Positions 26,087-37,325 are shown, numbered from the stretch's first letter. The stretch: 57,346 bases of DNA from Neodothiora populina (GCF_041146345.1 NW_027191415.1:1364001-1421346); one strand, 5' to 3'. Notes: generated by a model from the sequence alone, not told the origin. Made by a program: numbers and translations.

Positions 26087-26850
26087 GCCAAGGAGGACTA
26101 TTGTTCTATAAATTTGCTACGAGGGATGTACTAGTACGAGGCTCTGTTCATGGCTTGTCCCTCGTTTGGCGTTGCGCATAATCTGGTTTCCGAAAGCTTT
26201 AATGAGATATATACCTTCTACATGTGTGGCAAGTCGTACAGAGCTGTCGGCGGAGTGCTGAGCCAAGATCTTGGTAAACCCCGCCCGCTCTACTCAAGCT
26301 GGATCCCGAACTTGGCAGACCCCGCGGGCATGGCTCCGGGTTGGAGAAAGATCTTGGCAAACCCCGCGACATGGCTCCGAGCCGAACAAGAAGCCTTGGC
26401 ATCGCTTGGTTATCTGCCCACATTGTCAGCCTTATTGAGGAGTCTCGACCTGGAGCCCCAGGGCGACATCTCCTGCAAGGTACCAATCCTGTCCATACAA
26501 CACATACAAAATATACCTACGGTATGGCAAGGTACAGTACCTGCACTATTGTCAATGTGGAAGGACTCAAAGTTCGGCCTTGCCTGCTAACATGAAGCTG
26601 AACCGGAAGCAGTAGAGAAGGCTTACTTGGCATGATCTTTTTTTTTTGCTATACTGCGCTCGGAAAGAGTTAGGAATTCGCCTAATGAGGCAACTGTCTC
26701 GCATAAAGCCACCGTCGCATAGCGCAGCTGCCTGTTCATCTTTCACATCCTGGTCAATATTGATCAAGCACCTCAACCTTGCTAATATCGAATGCTAGCT
26801 CGGTTCTGTAAATAGTTCAGATGCGTGCTTGCTAACTTTGAGAAGCCAAG
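26087..26850. promoter_or_regulatory. Cluster of 7 PacC-consensus sites (GCCAAG) and 3 CreA-consensus sites (GCGGGG) in the divergent promoter
   Basis: GCCAAG/CTTGGC at 26087, 26262, 26311, 26353, 26395, 26626 and 26845. CCCCGC at 26279, 26320 and 26362, within a 3-copy degenerate repeat cttggYaRaccccgc. Confidence 0.6.
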
Positions 26851-27336
26851 ATATCTGCGATAGCGATAGATTATAAGCCACAGCCTTTGGCGCCTATAGA
26901 CCGTACTTGTTAAGCATGTCTTCTGATGCTTGTGAGAGGTCTGAGACAATTCTAGACGTATCACGAGCTCAGAGATCCTCGTTCACGTGAGTAGACAACA
27001 CTTCCGACGCTGCCCTCGTGCCCTCATTAGGTTTACTTATTCGCAAGCTTCACACTTGAGCCTTCATGCACTGCTACTCAGCTGAGAAGCGAGGTATTGT
27101 CTTGGAATGATAGGTACTTGAAAGAAGGCTGATAGTGAACCAGATGTCGGTTCAGACCTCAATCAGATCAGGCCGGTCCAGACAATTTGGGATAATGATG
27201 TGTGTGCGATATACGGTGTAAGAGGTTATACTATGGTATGGCTTATGGTATATAATGGAACCCACGTCGAACAAATCACCCCTCGAATCATCAGTTCAGA
27301 TCTACATTCCAGCACGTCCTAACAATCCCCTTCACA

Positions 27337-29422
27337 ATGTGGATCATATACTATATCCTTCTCTTGTGTATAAGCTCCTTAGTACGAGCTGTTGTCACAC
27401 CGTTTGTTCTAGATGGCGGACTTGATAGGTATGTGTCCGGCTATAATCCTACTTGGTTCACAATCTTCTAATACATTGCAGCGCAACCGCTAGTGGCACT
27501 GAATACAACTCAGGCGGCACTATATCTGTGAATGGTTATTCCATCACAGTTCCCCAGAATCTCCAAGTCCAATTTCCTGCAGCTTTCGTACCTTTCATCA
27601 AATTCGCTAGCGGTGGTTTCACAGGACATGAAGTCAGCGTATGTCTACGTTGATTTATCTCTAGCCGACAGTCCATCGATAGTCATCTAATATTGGGCAA
27701 TAGGTGACTGGAAATGTTGTTGATGGTAAAGCGATTGCCGGCCTCATATCTATAGCTCAATTCCAGCTGCAAGCAGGAACAGGAGTTGTGGCCAGCGTGA
27801 ACTTCGATGGTACACTTGGCATTGTAGGTGGGTCGACCATTCGTGTCGACGACCCCAATGGTGTTTTTGGAGCCAAGTACGACACTAACCCGTTCTACAC
27901 TGCCGATGACGAGAACCCATCAGTCACTGCTTTCTCTGGATTTCCTATGTGTATTCCCAGGTCATCTGACGATGAGAAATGCCCATCGAGCAATCGTCCC
28001 GCTGGAAAAAACACGTTGTACGTATACAACATAATCAAAAGTAGGAAGCTTGTCACCTGCTGACCGTCCCTCTAGTTCTGCCCCCGATTCCCTTTTTATG
28101 GCACCTTTCAAGGTTGGAGACTATGTCGAATATTCTGGCGTCAAGGTCGGCGATCAGATCGTATGCTACGAGATAGTTGCACCGAGTGTCCAGATTACAA
28201 CCAGTGGTGCGCCTACATATGTCAGAGTTGAAGATGCCCTTGTTGGTGTCTACGATGGCGGAGCTACCTCGGAATTTGCTGACACAAGAGTGAGCTGTCA
28301 CACCCCCAAATTCACATACGAGCTTTTCTGACATTTTATTAGTTCATCGGTTATTCCTCTGATCCATCTGCAGCGATCACGGTATATGCCATTGATGTTG
28401 ATCCCTGCACTGGCGCCGAGACCGAACGTTCTGTTGGTGCTGCTTCCTATAAGGCGGGCGACGTTAGGAACAAATGGACCTGGCGTAGTGATAGTACAAC
28501 TTTCTCGAAGTACACTCGCGAATACGTCATCCGCTCATCGACGGGTGAGAAGACCACTGCCGATGGCATTATTGCTGGGAAGTACGTTCAGCCAGTCACG
28601 GAGTGGATCTTCCCCGAAGCCAACGTCCCGGGTATCATACCCTCAGTCAACGACTTCTCACAGTTCACCTATCTCGCACATGGACTTGGACGAGACGAAG
28701 ATGGTCAGCTTTGGGGCCAGCTGAATCCCTGGCCAGGTGCAAACGCGCCTGCTGCTACCAGCTGTGCGCCAGCTTCTTCTACGCCATCCGCCACATCCTC
28801 CGCAGCCGATGCTACTGGTTCCACCGGTCCGGTGGTCACGGCCACCCTCTTGGTAGCTGCTGGATCTACCCAGACTGTCCGTCCGGGAATTCTCGGAACG
28901 CTGAAAGCCACTGTAAGCAACAGCGACAGCTTCCCTCAAGGAGACCTCTTGTATAATTGGACTCAAATATCTGGACCAGCAATCAAGCTGTCTGGAACGA
29001 CTGTGGTTTTGCCATCTTTCACCGCGCCAGCAGCAGCAGCCAAAGCTACTTGCGTCTTTTTCGTCAACGTCACTTCTAAGGCTGCAGGAACATACAACTC
29101 AACCAGCTTCGCTATCATTAACGATCCAAGCGTTAAAGATGTTGTTAGCATCGACTCGTACACTTATACTAGCCAACAAGGAGGTACACTATCAGTCACA
29201 GCTTCTTCTAACATCATCGATGGCAGCATGACAATGATGCAACTCTATCTTCAGAACACTGTTGGCGGCACAGCACTCACGATGACGCACACGGGGGGAG
29301 GTAAGTTCAGCTACAGTGCTAGGAGTACAAAGAAGCCTGCTACGGGAGTCAGTGTTCAAAGTGGAGCTGGTGGTACTTCGAGCCGCAGTGCCACCTCCGC
29401 TAGGCGGCGCAGAGTGATTTGA
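27337..29422 (+). CDS. Secreted uncharacterised beta-rich protein with a PKD/K319-like Ig domain; join(27337..27428,27482..27638,27704..28017,28076..28289,28343..29422), 618 aa
   Basis: Signal peptide MWIIYYILLLCISSLVRA. Four canonical introns give one continuous frame. Motifs GGTISVNG, DENPSVTAFSGFPMCIPR, YAIDVDPCTG, GKYVQPVTEWIFPE and GQLNPWPG; PKD-like AG..QTV..G...L...YNWTQISGP...PSFTAP. Confidence 0.85.
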
Positions 29423-30239
29423 ATTCACATAGATGTAACATTTCTATAGTTAATTTTCATCATGGATTTGGCTTACCTGAAACTAGATTAGGTTTGTGTT
29501 CAATACAACGTACAGGGCGTTAATGAAATTGTGTGTATCCATTTACTTCCACGACTCTTACCAGAAGGTTCAAGCAGGAAAGGCTATTCTAGTCCAGAGA
29601 TTAATGGTCGCAAGTGTAACGCAACCAGTAGATTGGAGTTGGACAATAAACAGTTGCTTTATAATGCTATGTCGAGTCTCATGAATTGAGGAAGCCTAAG
29701 GAATCTGACTTCCGGCCGTGGCGCCAAATTCGAGGACTAAGGTGACCTGTAGCGCTGTCTCCTCTTGCCTGGTGGATTACGCGACGATGGAGGCTTCGCA
29801 TCGGGATATGTTTTCACTTGCTAAGTTCATATATCAGGCTCTTTCGAAGTTGCATATTCAGCATACAGCAGACGACTGCCTAGACATCCTTGCAACACAC
29901 ATACTATGCTATTATACCAGAGATTAATGCAATTATGATTCCATCACTCATGGATCCAGACGAACAAACCAGTCATACTGTTTACAGTATTCCTCGAATG
30001 ACGACAGTAGCTGCCAGAATACTCTAGACGCTATGGACCATTCGCGCAGCCACGATATAGATGCTATAACTTGTCGTGAATATCTGGAACATTTTTCCAG
30101 AAGTGCCGCATTTGCCTTTACTGTCAAGAAAATTTGGAGAATCGAGCTTGACATTATACTCGATAGCTACAATAAGCTACTCACACTCATAAAACAAATG
30201 ACGGCCAAATGAATGAACTCTTGAGTGTTATGACACTAG

Positions 30240-30690
30240 AGGATCAAGGCTGTGATGGTGACCCCGCTGATTGCTGCTCCCAAGGAACGAGCTACTCTCA
30301 TGCTTTCCATTTCATGCTTATCATCATCTCTGTCAATTCCTTGTTCTCAGCTTCGATGCGCTTGTTGGCCTCTTCAGAGCGCTTAGTCACCTCTCTAAAT
30401 TGGGCCATCTGCTGCTGCATCATGTTATTCAGCACGTCGACAATATCAGCTAGCCTACCAGCCTCATTGTCACGCGCTTTCTGTGAGGGCTTACGCGCCC
30501 TCAACGACGCTCGCATGTTGTCAAGTATTATAACCTCCTTTCGTTTCTCGCCATCTGATCCAGTGTCGTCTTGTGAGGCCTTCGTTGGACGCGTAGCGAG
30601 CTTCTTGCGTCTGCCCGACATCGCGTTTTCGGTGGCAATGTCAGCGCCGACTGCCTCTTGGAGCTTCCGCTTTCGAGATAGTTAAGTGAG
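30240..30690 (-). mobile_element. Probable 5' (ORF1/gag N-terminal coiled-coil) relic of a LINE-like element
   Basis: Basic N-terminus (RKRK, RASLRARKPSQKA) plus a coiled coil, then a frameshifted SPSQP*S segment as seen in Tad-like ORF1. Lies just downstream of another LINE 5' relic. Family assignment is inference. Confidence 0.4.
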
Positions 30691-30746
30691 TATGATTGGT
30701 CTTGTATTTGTTTATGTATTCGAAAGTCAGTTCTTGCGCCTTGGTT

Positions 30747-31428
30747 GAGGCGAAGTGTAGTAGGGGTTAGTCTTGCCTGCCTAGGAGCGTTAGGCGGTTC
30801 TAGAGTATGTCCCCTGCGTGCGACGTTCGCCTGCGTCTAAGGTAGGGATGGGTTTGGTCTCCCACCCTGTTGTATCAACTTCTCGACTTGTTCTGACAGG
30901 TTAGAGATCTGTGCCTTAAGAGCAGAGTTCTGCTGGATAAGTTGTTCCTGCTTCTGTCTTGCTTGCTCCTGTCCACTCTTAAGTAGTTCAATGCTATGGC
31001 TTTGCCTCTGAAGTTTATCTTGTAATTCATGGACCAGATCGGGCACAGTAGACAGGGTACCGACAGCCTCAAGGTTCTTTGTGCTGTCGTTTTGCTGTGG
31101 ACACAGGGCGCCCAGTCCTGTGGGTCTCGTGAGATCCCACAGTTACAGTATACTGTCCTGCGGGGTTTCGTCAATAACGCCTCGGCAGCGGGAGGTGGCG
31201 CCGCTGCAGGGACCATCGTTAAGCCCACTAGGGTGCAGCTTCTGGCCAGGTCGCACGTTTTGAGTTCAGTCGATCAGTCGAGTTGACGCGATACTCAACG
31301 GCTTTTTTAAGGTACCTAAGCTACAGCACATCAACTCTTCTTGCGCTTTATTTTGAAGCAAAAATCAGGTACATTGGTAGCAAAAACAGAATTATTCCCT
31401 GATCCCGATGAAAGATTGATTCGTCCCT
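30747..31428 (-). mobile_element. Diverged, internally deleted 5' fragment (5' UTR and ORF1 start) of the LINE-A family
   Basis: The reverse complement aligns with about 35820-36590 (e.g. acctgatttttgc, ccctagtgggctt, PDLVH.LQD.LQRQ..SIELLKSGQEQARQKQE), with several deletions. Confidence 0.9.
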
Positions 31429-31994
31429 GATGGCGACTGCTGTCTTATCTGCTGCTCCATTCTGTTGAAAGCAAGCTATGAATTGATAGTCTGATCTTGA
31501 TAGTGGTGAGATTCGGGCTTCGTTCTCGTGAATATCGGTCGTGTGAGCGCATTTTATTCTGCATGGTTGAGTTATATTCGTACAAAGTGGCAGTGACTAG
31601 TACTTACTGAACATCTTGTCAATGAGATCCTGGGAACATCTTATGTAGTAGTAGAAGCTGTTGTTTATGTAGAAGATGTTTGTGATAGAAGATCTCTGAC
31701 GTATTGTGTACTTAGTCTAGGTGGTACTTGATCTCAGCTATGGGTCCGTTGATCAGGACAGTCGTTACAATTGATCAAGTGGCATTGCCTCTCCTGCCTT
31801 CAGTCTTAGAAGGCATCATCACCAGATGTTCTTGCACGATAAGAAGCAGCTGGAGGACGCGATGTAAAAGCGTGTTTCCTATCACTACTAAACTACATTG
31901 TTCAAGGCTAAGAGTATGAGGGCCCAATAGTCCATAATTCTGCCGTAATGCAATAGTAATATCACCTCGTGATAGTCTTTGTACTCGTAGAGAG

Positions 31995-32635
31995 CTAATA
32001 ATCGGCAACCTTGCTAGAATATCTTTATCAATTACTGGTTCGACCAACGGAACATGCGGTACATACAATGATCCCAATGCGCAACTACATGCAGATTAGC
32101 ATATGTTCGGCAGTAGGTAACGTGTAAGCTCAGAGAGGCGTACCCGCTTGGTGGAATGCTACAATACGAGTGCTGGTAAGTAGAAGAGCCACCCTTGCAA
32201 TTGACATTGCAATATGTGATAAGGCCAGCTTGGATAGCTGTTCACGATTTGATTAGTAGCGCACATATAGCGGTCTCGTGGATTTTACTTGAAAAATCAT
32301 TGTCTGTTTCCACTCTCTGCCAGTTGGTCCCAGTAGGAGCGCTATAGCAGGTTCCTATATCGCCTTGAAACCTAGAGAGTTTTCGTTAGTTGTCACGTGA
32401 TAGTAAGCAAATGTCCTTCCACATTGTACGTACGGCTCGCCACCAGATGGGTCAGTTGTAGATCCGTCGTCGTCATGGTTACAATTCGGGTCGTTGTCTG
32501 GAATGTGTTTAGATAGTCATTGCATTACAGTAAGCACATATACTCACAAAACCGGTATTCGAAATAGGACGCGGATGTCCGGGCTAGGAACAGTCCGACC
32601 AGGATCAAGACCTTCGTATTGGGAAGAGGCGTCAT
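31995..32635 (-). CDS. Small secreted cysteine-rich protein (effector candidate); join(32635..32548,32497..32434,32371..32289,32237..32144,32084..32067,32013..31995), 121 aa
   Basis: Five 50-62 nt GT-AG introns give one open frame: MTPLPNTKVLILVGLFLARTSASYFEYRFYNDPNCNHDDDGSTTDPSGGEPFQGDIGTCYSAPTGTNWQRVETDNDFSTIQAGLITYCNVNCKGGSSTYQHSYCSIPPSGCALGSFKVADY*. Signal peptide and 6 Cys. Confidence 0.85.
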
Positions 32636-32809
32636 AATGAATAGAGGAGCGTGAACTTCAAAACAGTGTTGAGATTGTCTTGGTAAAAACCAGCAGTGCT
32701 TGATTCGTTATGTTGAGGGAATCATCAGGCCTATATAAGTCTGACACAATTGTGAGCTGACTTCTTGACCTCAAGATGTCTTTGCATGTCGTATCATGGA
32801 AGGCGGATG

Positions 32810-33067
32810 AATCGGATGTGAATTGTGGATTTGAGAAATGCAGGACATAGATGAGTGTTGCAGTGCAGCGGGCATTCAGCATCAGCTCGTGTCCCCTTTA
32901 TAAAATAGTCCTACATCCGGACATCTTTTGGAGTTGCCAATCGGATGTGAATTGTGGATTTGAGAAATGCCGAACATAGATGAGTGTTGCAGTGCAGCGG
33001 GCATTCAGCATCAGCTCGTATCCCCTTTATAAACTAGTCCTATATCCAGACATCTTGTGGAGTTGCC
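32810..33067. repeat. 129-bp tandem duplication containing a TATA-like box, upstream of the small secreted protein gene
   Basis: aatcggatgtgaattgtggatttgagaaatgc...cccctttataaa...ggagttgcc starts at 32810 and again at 32939, with a few substitutions. Confidence 0.92.
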
Positions 33068-34271
33068 CAACATTAAAGTGCCATACTTTAATGAAATTAA
33101 TCGGGTCCGGAGTAGGGCCAAAACGATGAACTCGAGCAAGGTGAAGACACTCCAAAGGCAATATCATTGGACATGAAATTATCTATGAATACCGATCCTG
33201 AAAGAACACTAAACATAGAGAAGAAAACGGTGTCAGGAAAGCACCTGCCTCGATGCGGGAGACAACCGGCACAACACCGGTACTGTCCTGCATCTATATA
33301 GTGGGGCTTTTCTCCACTCCTCCATCATTCCTAGATATCCATCATCATACTACAATCTCCTGCTTTGCCTTGCATCATCACCCCTGCGCCAACAACGGGT
33401 TAGACAGACTTGGACTAGAGATGTTAAGCGAAAGGTAGCCAAGCTGGAGATTATTTTATTAACATGCTCTCCTGGGCGTTAGATTGAACTTCAGTATCTC
33501 CATGTAGTAAGATTAGATGCAGGCCAAATTTTGAGCGAGCAAGGTGGCCGAGTACATTGTCGCGTGTTATGAGGAGCTCTTGCCGTCCTTAGCGGTCGAC
33601 CATCCGGCCATGTCAACAATGGGCGGTATCCCGGCGCTCACGGGAAAATATTGCCCAACAAGGCTCCGCGAATGAACGAGTCCTTTCTCACGACAAGCGT
33701 AGGTATACAGTCTGATGCGTGGCTTCCAGTTCTTTCCTGCCTGTGCAAGAAAGTCTTTGCCGAGTCTTCTGCAGGGAGCCCATGAGTAGCGAGAAAAACT
33801 ATGAAAAAGAGGAGTGAAAGATTGTTGACAGCTACGCTGCCAGCATTGTTGCGGCGAAACTCCGTAATAATCCTCCAGCTTGAAATGAGCTTCGGCTAGA
33901 TCAAGGCTTCCGCTTCGTTGGTCACGCAAATGAATCCGATAGAAATACTGACGTTCTGGACTCTCCCGGTAATGAAATTGCCGAGTGCATAGTCATTGTT
34001 TACTTCTGACGAAATCCCTATCTACAATGCCCCGATGAATGTTCGGAACATTCATTGAATTTTGGTAGTAGCTTGGCAGGGTCTAAGTCTTGGCTTACGG
34101 TAGATTCATTAGAAAATAGACGGAAGATTGTTTAAGAAGTATATGGCTAATCTTTATCAAACTCAATAGTAATATAAACCCGCTGAATCGATACGTGCAA
34201 CTAGAGTTTTAGAAGTAGCAATATAGATTAAGTAGATAGGTAGCTTTATAAAGTTGAGCAGATTAAGCGAC

Positions 34272-34469
34272 TGTCAGGGTTCGGAGTCAGGAATAAAGAT
34301 CAGTACGTAGATATGGGTCCAAGCTATATGACAAGACGTAGACAGGGGAGGAAAGACAGTACTAGGTCGAGGACAGGGAAGTACGGCGTTGAAGCCACGA
34401 GTCAGGAGTATAGGTCACGTGACCTATACTAACTTAGGTGTCACGGTGATCAACGACCAAACCGTGACA
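34272..34469 (-). mobile_element. Solo LTR (198 bp, TG...CA)
   Basis: TGTCA...TGACA termini. Reverse-complement copy of 34869-35066 with 3 transition differences. Strand label is only relative to the other copy. Confidence 0.8.
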
Positions 34470-34753
34470 CTTGCAACACATGCGAATCCATCGTCGTAAA
34501 TAAGTAAACCCTCAACGGCTGCTGATCTCGGATCTGGATACACAACGTCACTTTCTACGTGTGCTAAATCTCCTAATTCGCAACCCTGATCTGCTAATGA
34601 TCGTCGGGTATTTAGTGGGATATCCGGATGATGTTCCGACAAATGGGCCTTGATCTAGCTAGGTACTACTGCGAAACGGCATGCCTTGCAAATAAAGACA
34701 CGATACTCATGTAAATGACTGAATAAAACGAATAACCCGTCTGGTCGATCTAT
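34470..34753 (-). pseudogene. N-terminal DUF3505 (OrsD-like Zn-finger) fragment of a telomere-linked-helicase-type gene
   Basis: IDRPDGLFVLFSHLHEYRVFICKACRFAVVPS*IKAHLSEHH...YPDP..AAVEGLLIYDDGFAC matches the DUF3505 pattern. Start codon apparently ATG>ATA, one internal TAG, truncated by the LTR. Confidence 0.65.
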
Positions 34754-34868
34754 AACTGTTGGTAATGATTTCGTTGTATATAATATCCTTTGCTGATGCG
34801 TTGTTGCTTAATCGACCTTTGGCTTGCTTCCTAGCTTGTTAACGCGTTCGCGTATTTTCGTGATATAT

Positions 34869-35066
34869 TGTCACGGTTTGGTCGTTGATCACTGTGACAC
34901 CTGAGTTAGTATAGGTCACGTGACCTATACTCCTGACTCGTGGCTTCAACGCCGTACTTCCCTGTCCTCGACCTAGTACTGTCTTTCCTCCCCTGTCTAC
35001 GTCTCGTCATATAGCTTGGACCCATATCTACGTACTGATCTTTATTCCTGACTCCGAACCCTGACA
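34869..35066 (+). mobile_element. Solo LTR (198 bp, TG...CA), inverted relative to 34272-34469
   Basis: TGTCACGG...CCCTGACA termini. Contains the 24-bp palindrome agtataggtcacgtgacctatact. Confidence 0.8.
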
Positions 35067-35817
35067 GCTGCTTAAATTACTACAGAGACAGGCACGAAAC
35101 TATTTAAGAACTTTAACGTCCGAATTAGGAAGAGCGAGGTAGCTTAAACACTCCTCGTTAAGGACCTTGCAGAATAAAGGCGTTTAGAAGCCTAGACACT
35201 AAGAACGAACAGATAGGGTTAATACATATGGAGGCTAGATGCAGCTCTTTTAAGCAAGCACACGCTTAAGCTCTACGGAGCGCTGAACTCCGAGCAAGCG
35301 GGTATTCTCGTATAAGTAAGAACGAACCATACTTATCTCCGATCCTATTTAGTAAAGATCGGAGTCGAGGAAAGTAGTAAATGCGAATACAGGCAGGAAG
35401 ACGAGACAGTAGCTTACGTGCTTCTTTAATGCTAGCGCTAAATAAGCATACAAGCAGAACTTAAGCAGATAGCAGGAAACAGATAAGGTGACTTGTCCTT
35501 TCTACTAAAAGGGTATAGTAAGAAAAGAGAAATGCACATAGATTAGCTAGTAAATAGCCCGCTCGAGTAGTAGAGACCGAATTTGAAAATAGTGAAAGCG
35601 ACGGTCCGGTTTCTTTAATAGATAACCAGGATGGCAGCTATCCCTCCACAGCAACAGGAGGGTGGCGATTAAGGAACAAGGGGCGTTAGGGTTCTTCTTT
35701 TATTATCCGTGAGGCTAAGCAACAGATAAGAAAACGAGGGAACGACATTAGACAGCTCATACGGACGATAAGACCGTGAATAGCTTGATAGACTAATCAA
35801 TCAATCAATCAATCAAT
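35067..35817 (+). mobile_element. LINE-B 3' fragment (post-RNase H region, CCHC finger, 3' UTR, (AATC)n tail), heavily RIP-mutated
   Basis: Degenerate KHTLKLYGAL..EQAGIL...RTNH..L..YL..IG....KCE...EDETV..VL. Colinear with the two minus-strand copies at 54.4-56.0 kb. Tail at 35795-35817. Confidence 0.88.
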
Positions 35818-36029
35818 AGGGGGACGCAATCATCAATTTCGGTCACCAAAATACCTGATTTTTGCATCAAAAGAAAGCGCATCAAGAGTAAAACCGTTAA
35901 CTATACGCGCACGACTGGCTTCTGCCTGGCGGATGCGCTGTAGCTCAGAGAAGCCGTTGGATATCCCGTCAACTCGACTGAACTCAAAATTTGCGACCTG
36001 GCCAAAGCTCCACCCTAGTGGGCTTCACG

Positions 36030-37325
36030 ATGGTCCCTGCAGCGGCGCCACGCCGCAACTCCAACCCAGCATCGCCAGAAAGTGCCGGAGCTGCGAGCAA
36101 AGATGCGCCGTTTGCGATGGTTACCCGCTCCCGCCGCCGAGGCGTTCTGAACGAAACCCCGCAGGACTGTATAACTGTGGGATCTCAGGAGACCCACAGG
36201 ACGGGGCACCCTATGTCCTCAGCTAGGTTAAGGGAGCCACAGCAGAACGACAGCACAAAGATCCTTGAGGCTGTCCGAACCCTGTCTACTGTGCCTGATC
36301 TGGTCCATAAATTGCAAGATGAACTCCAGAGACAAAACCAAAGCATTGAACTGCTCAAGAGTGGACAAGAGCAAGCACGACAGAAGCAGGAAGAACTTAT
36401 CTAGCAAAACTCTGCTCTCCAGGCACAGATCTCTAACTTGTCAGAACAAGTAGAGAAGTTGATACAGCAGGGTGGAAGAGCAAACCCAACTCCACCTCAG
36501 ACTTGGGCAAATGTGGCACGCAGGGGACATACGCTGGAACCGCCCAACCTCCCTAAGCAGGCAAAACCAAACCCTACTACACTCCGCCTCTTCACTTCTC
36601 TAGAGCCAACCGGATCCGAGGAAGTAAATGATAGCTTTACAAGATACATGCCAACGGAGAAAGCTACCACCATGATCACCCAAGCTCTTCAGAAGTATAG
36701 CCCTACAGTAGATGCACAGCTGCTTGGGGTTGGCAGCACCAAAACGGGTTACCTTTTGAGGTTCAGAAACGAAACTTCCACGGAGTTAGCTAAGAAAAAC
36801 AGTGACTGGACTAAGGACTTGGGACAGAGGTCAAGGGTCGTCACACCTCGCTTTGGGGTGGTAGCGCACCGCACCCCAACAGCGGAAGTTGACATGGACG
36901 AGAAAGAGGAATCAATAGAAAAGATCATGCGAGAGAACGAGCTCGCTAGCAAGGGTTCTTGTATTGAGGAGATTGCTTGGCTAAAGAAGAAAGATTTACC
37001 GCTCGGACAGTCAGCCTCTTTGGGAATCTGGTTCAGCTCTGCGGAAGCTGCCGAGCAAGCTGTCGCCCAAGGATTAGTTTTTGGTCAGAGGTTTGTCCCT
37101 ACTATCGAGCATTACCAGTCTCGAAGGAAGAGATGCTTCAGATGCCAAGGCATCGGGCACATTGCTTGGAACTGCAAGGAGAAGGAGAGATGCGACAACT
37201 GCTGCGGAGAGCATAGCAGGCGTGACTGCACTGCCACTACCTTGAGATGCGCCGACTGTGGAGAGTCCCATCCTACAGACTCTGCTAGCTGCAATAGCAC
37301 ACTGGGATCCTCCCGGCTGCAATGA
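36030..37325 (+). pseudogene. LINE-A ORF1 (gag-like) with one in-frame TAG at 36402
   Basis: Knuckles CFRCQGIGHIAWNC, CDNCCGEHSRRDC and CADCGESH. The stop aligns with CAG in the 30.9 kb relic. Confidence 0.9.

Noticed and set aside
26150..26590. 146-aa ORF between the oxidase and its partner
   Set aside because: No recognisable motifs, and it overlaps the PacC/CreA site array, so it is more plausibly promoter sequence.
33500..34271. Possible degenerate coding or RIP-mutated sequence left of the LTR
   Set aside because: AT-rich and stop-ridden in all frames examined, with no motif I can support.
34272..35066. Inverted 198-bp repeats as TIRs of one DNA transposon or a DIRS element
   Set aside because: Each unit is itself TG...CA bounded like an LTR, there is no flanking TSD, and the interior encodes no transposase or recombinase.
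35685..35693. GTTAGGGTT in the LINE-B 3' UTR as an interstitial telomere
   Set aside because: Only 1.5 units, present in every LINE-B copy as part of the element; compatible with chance.
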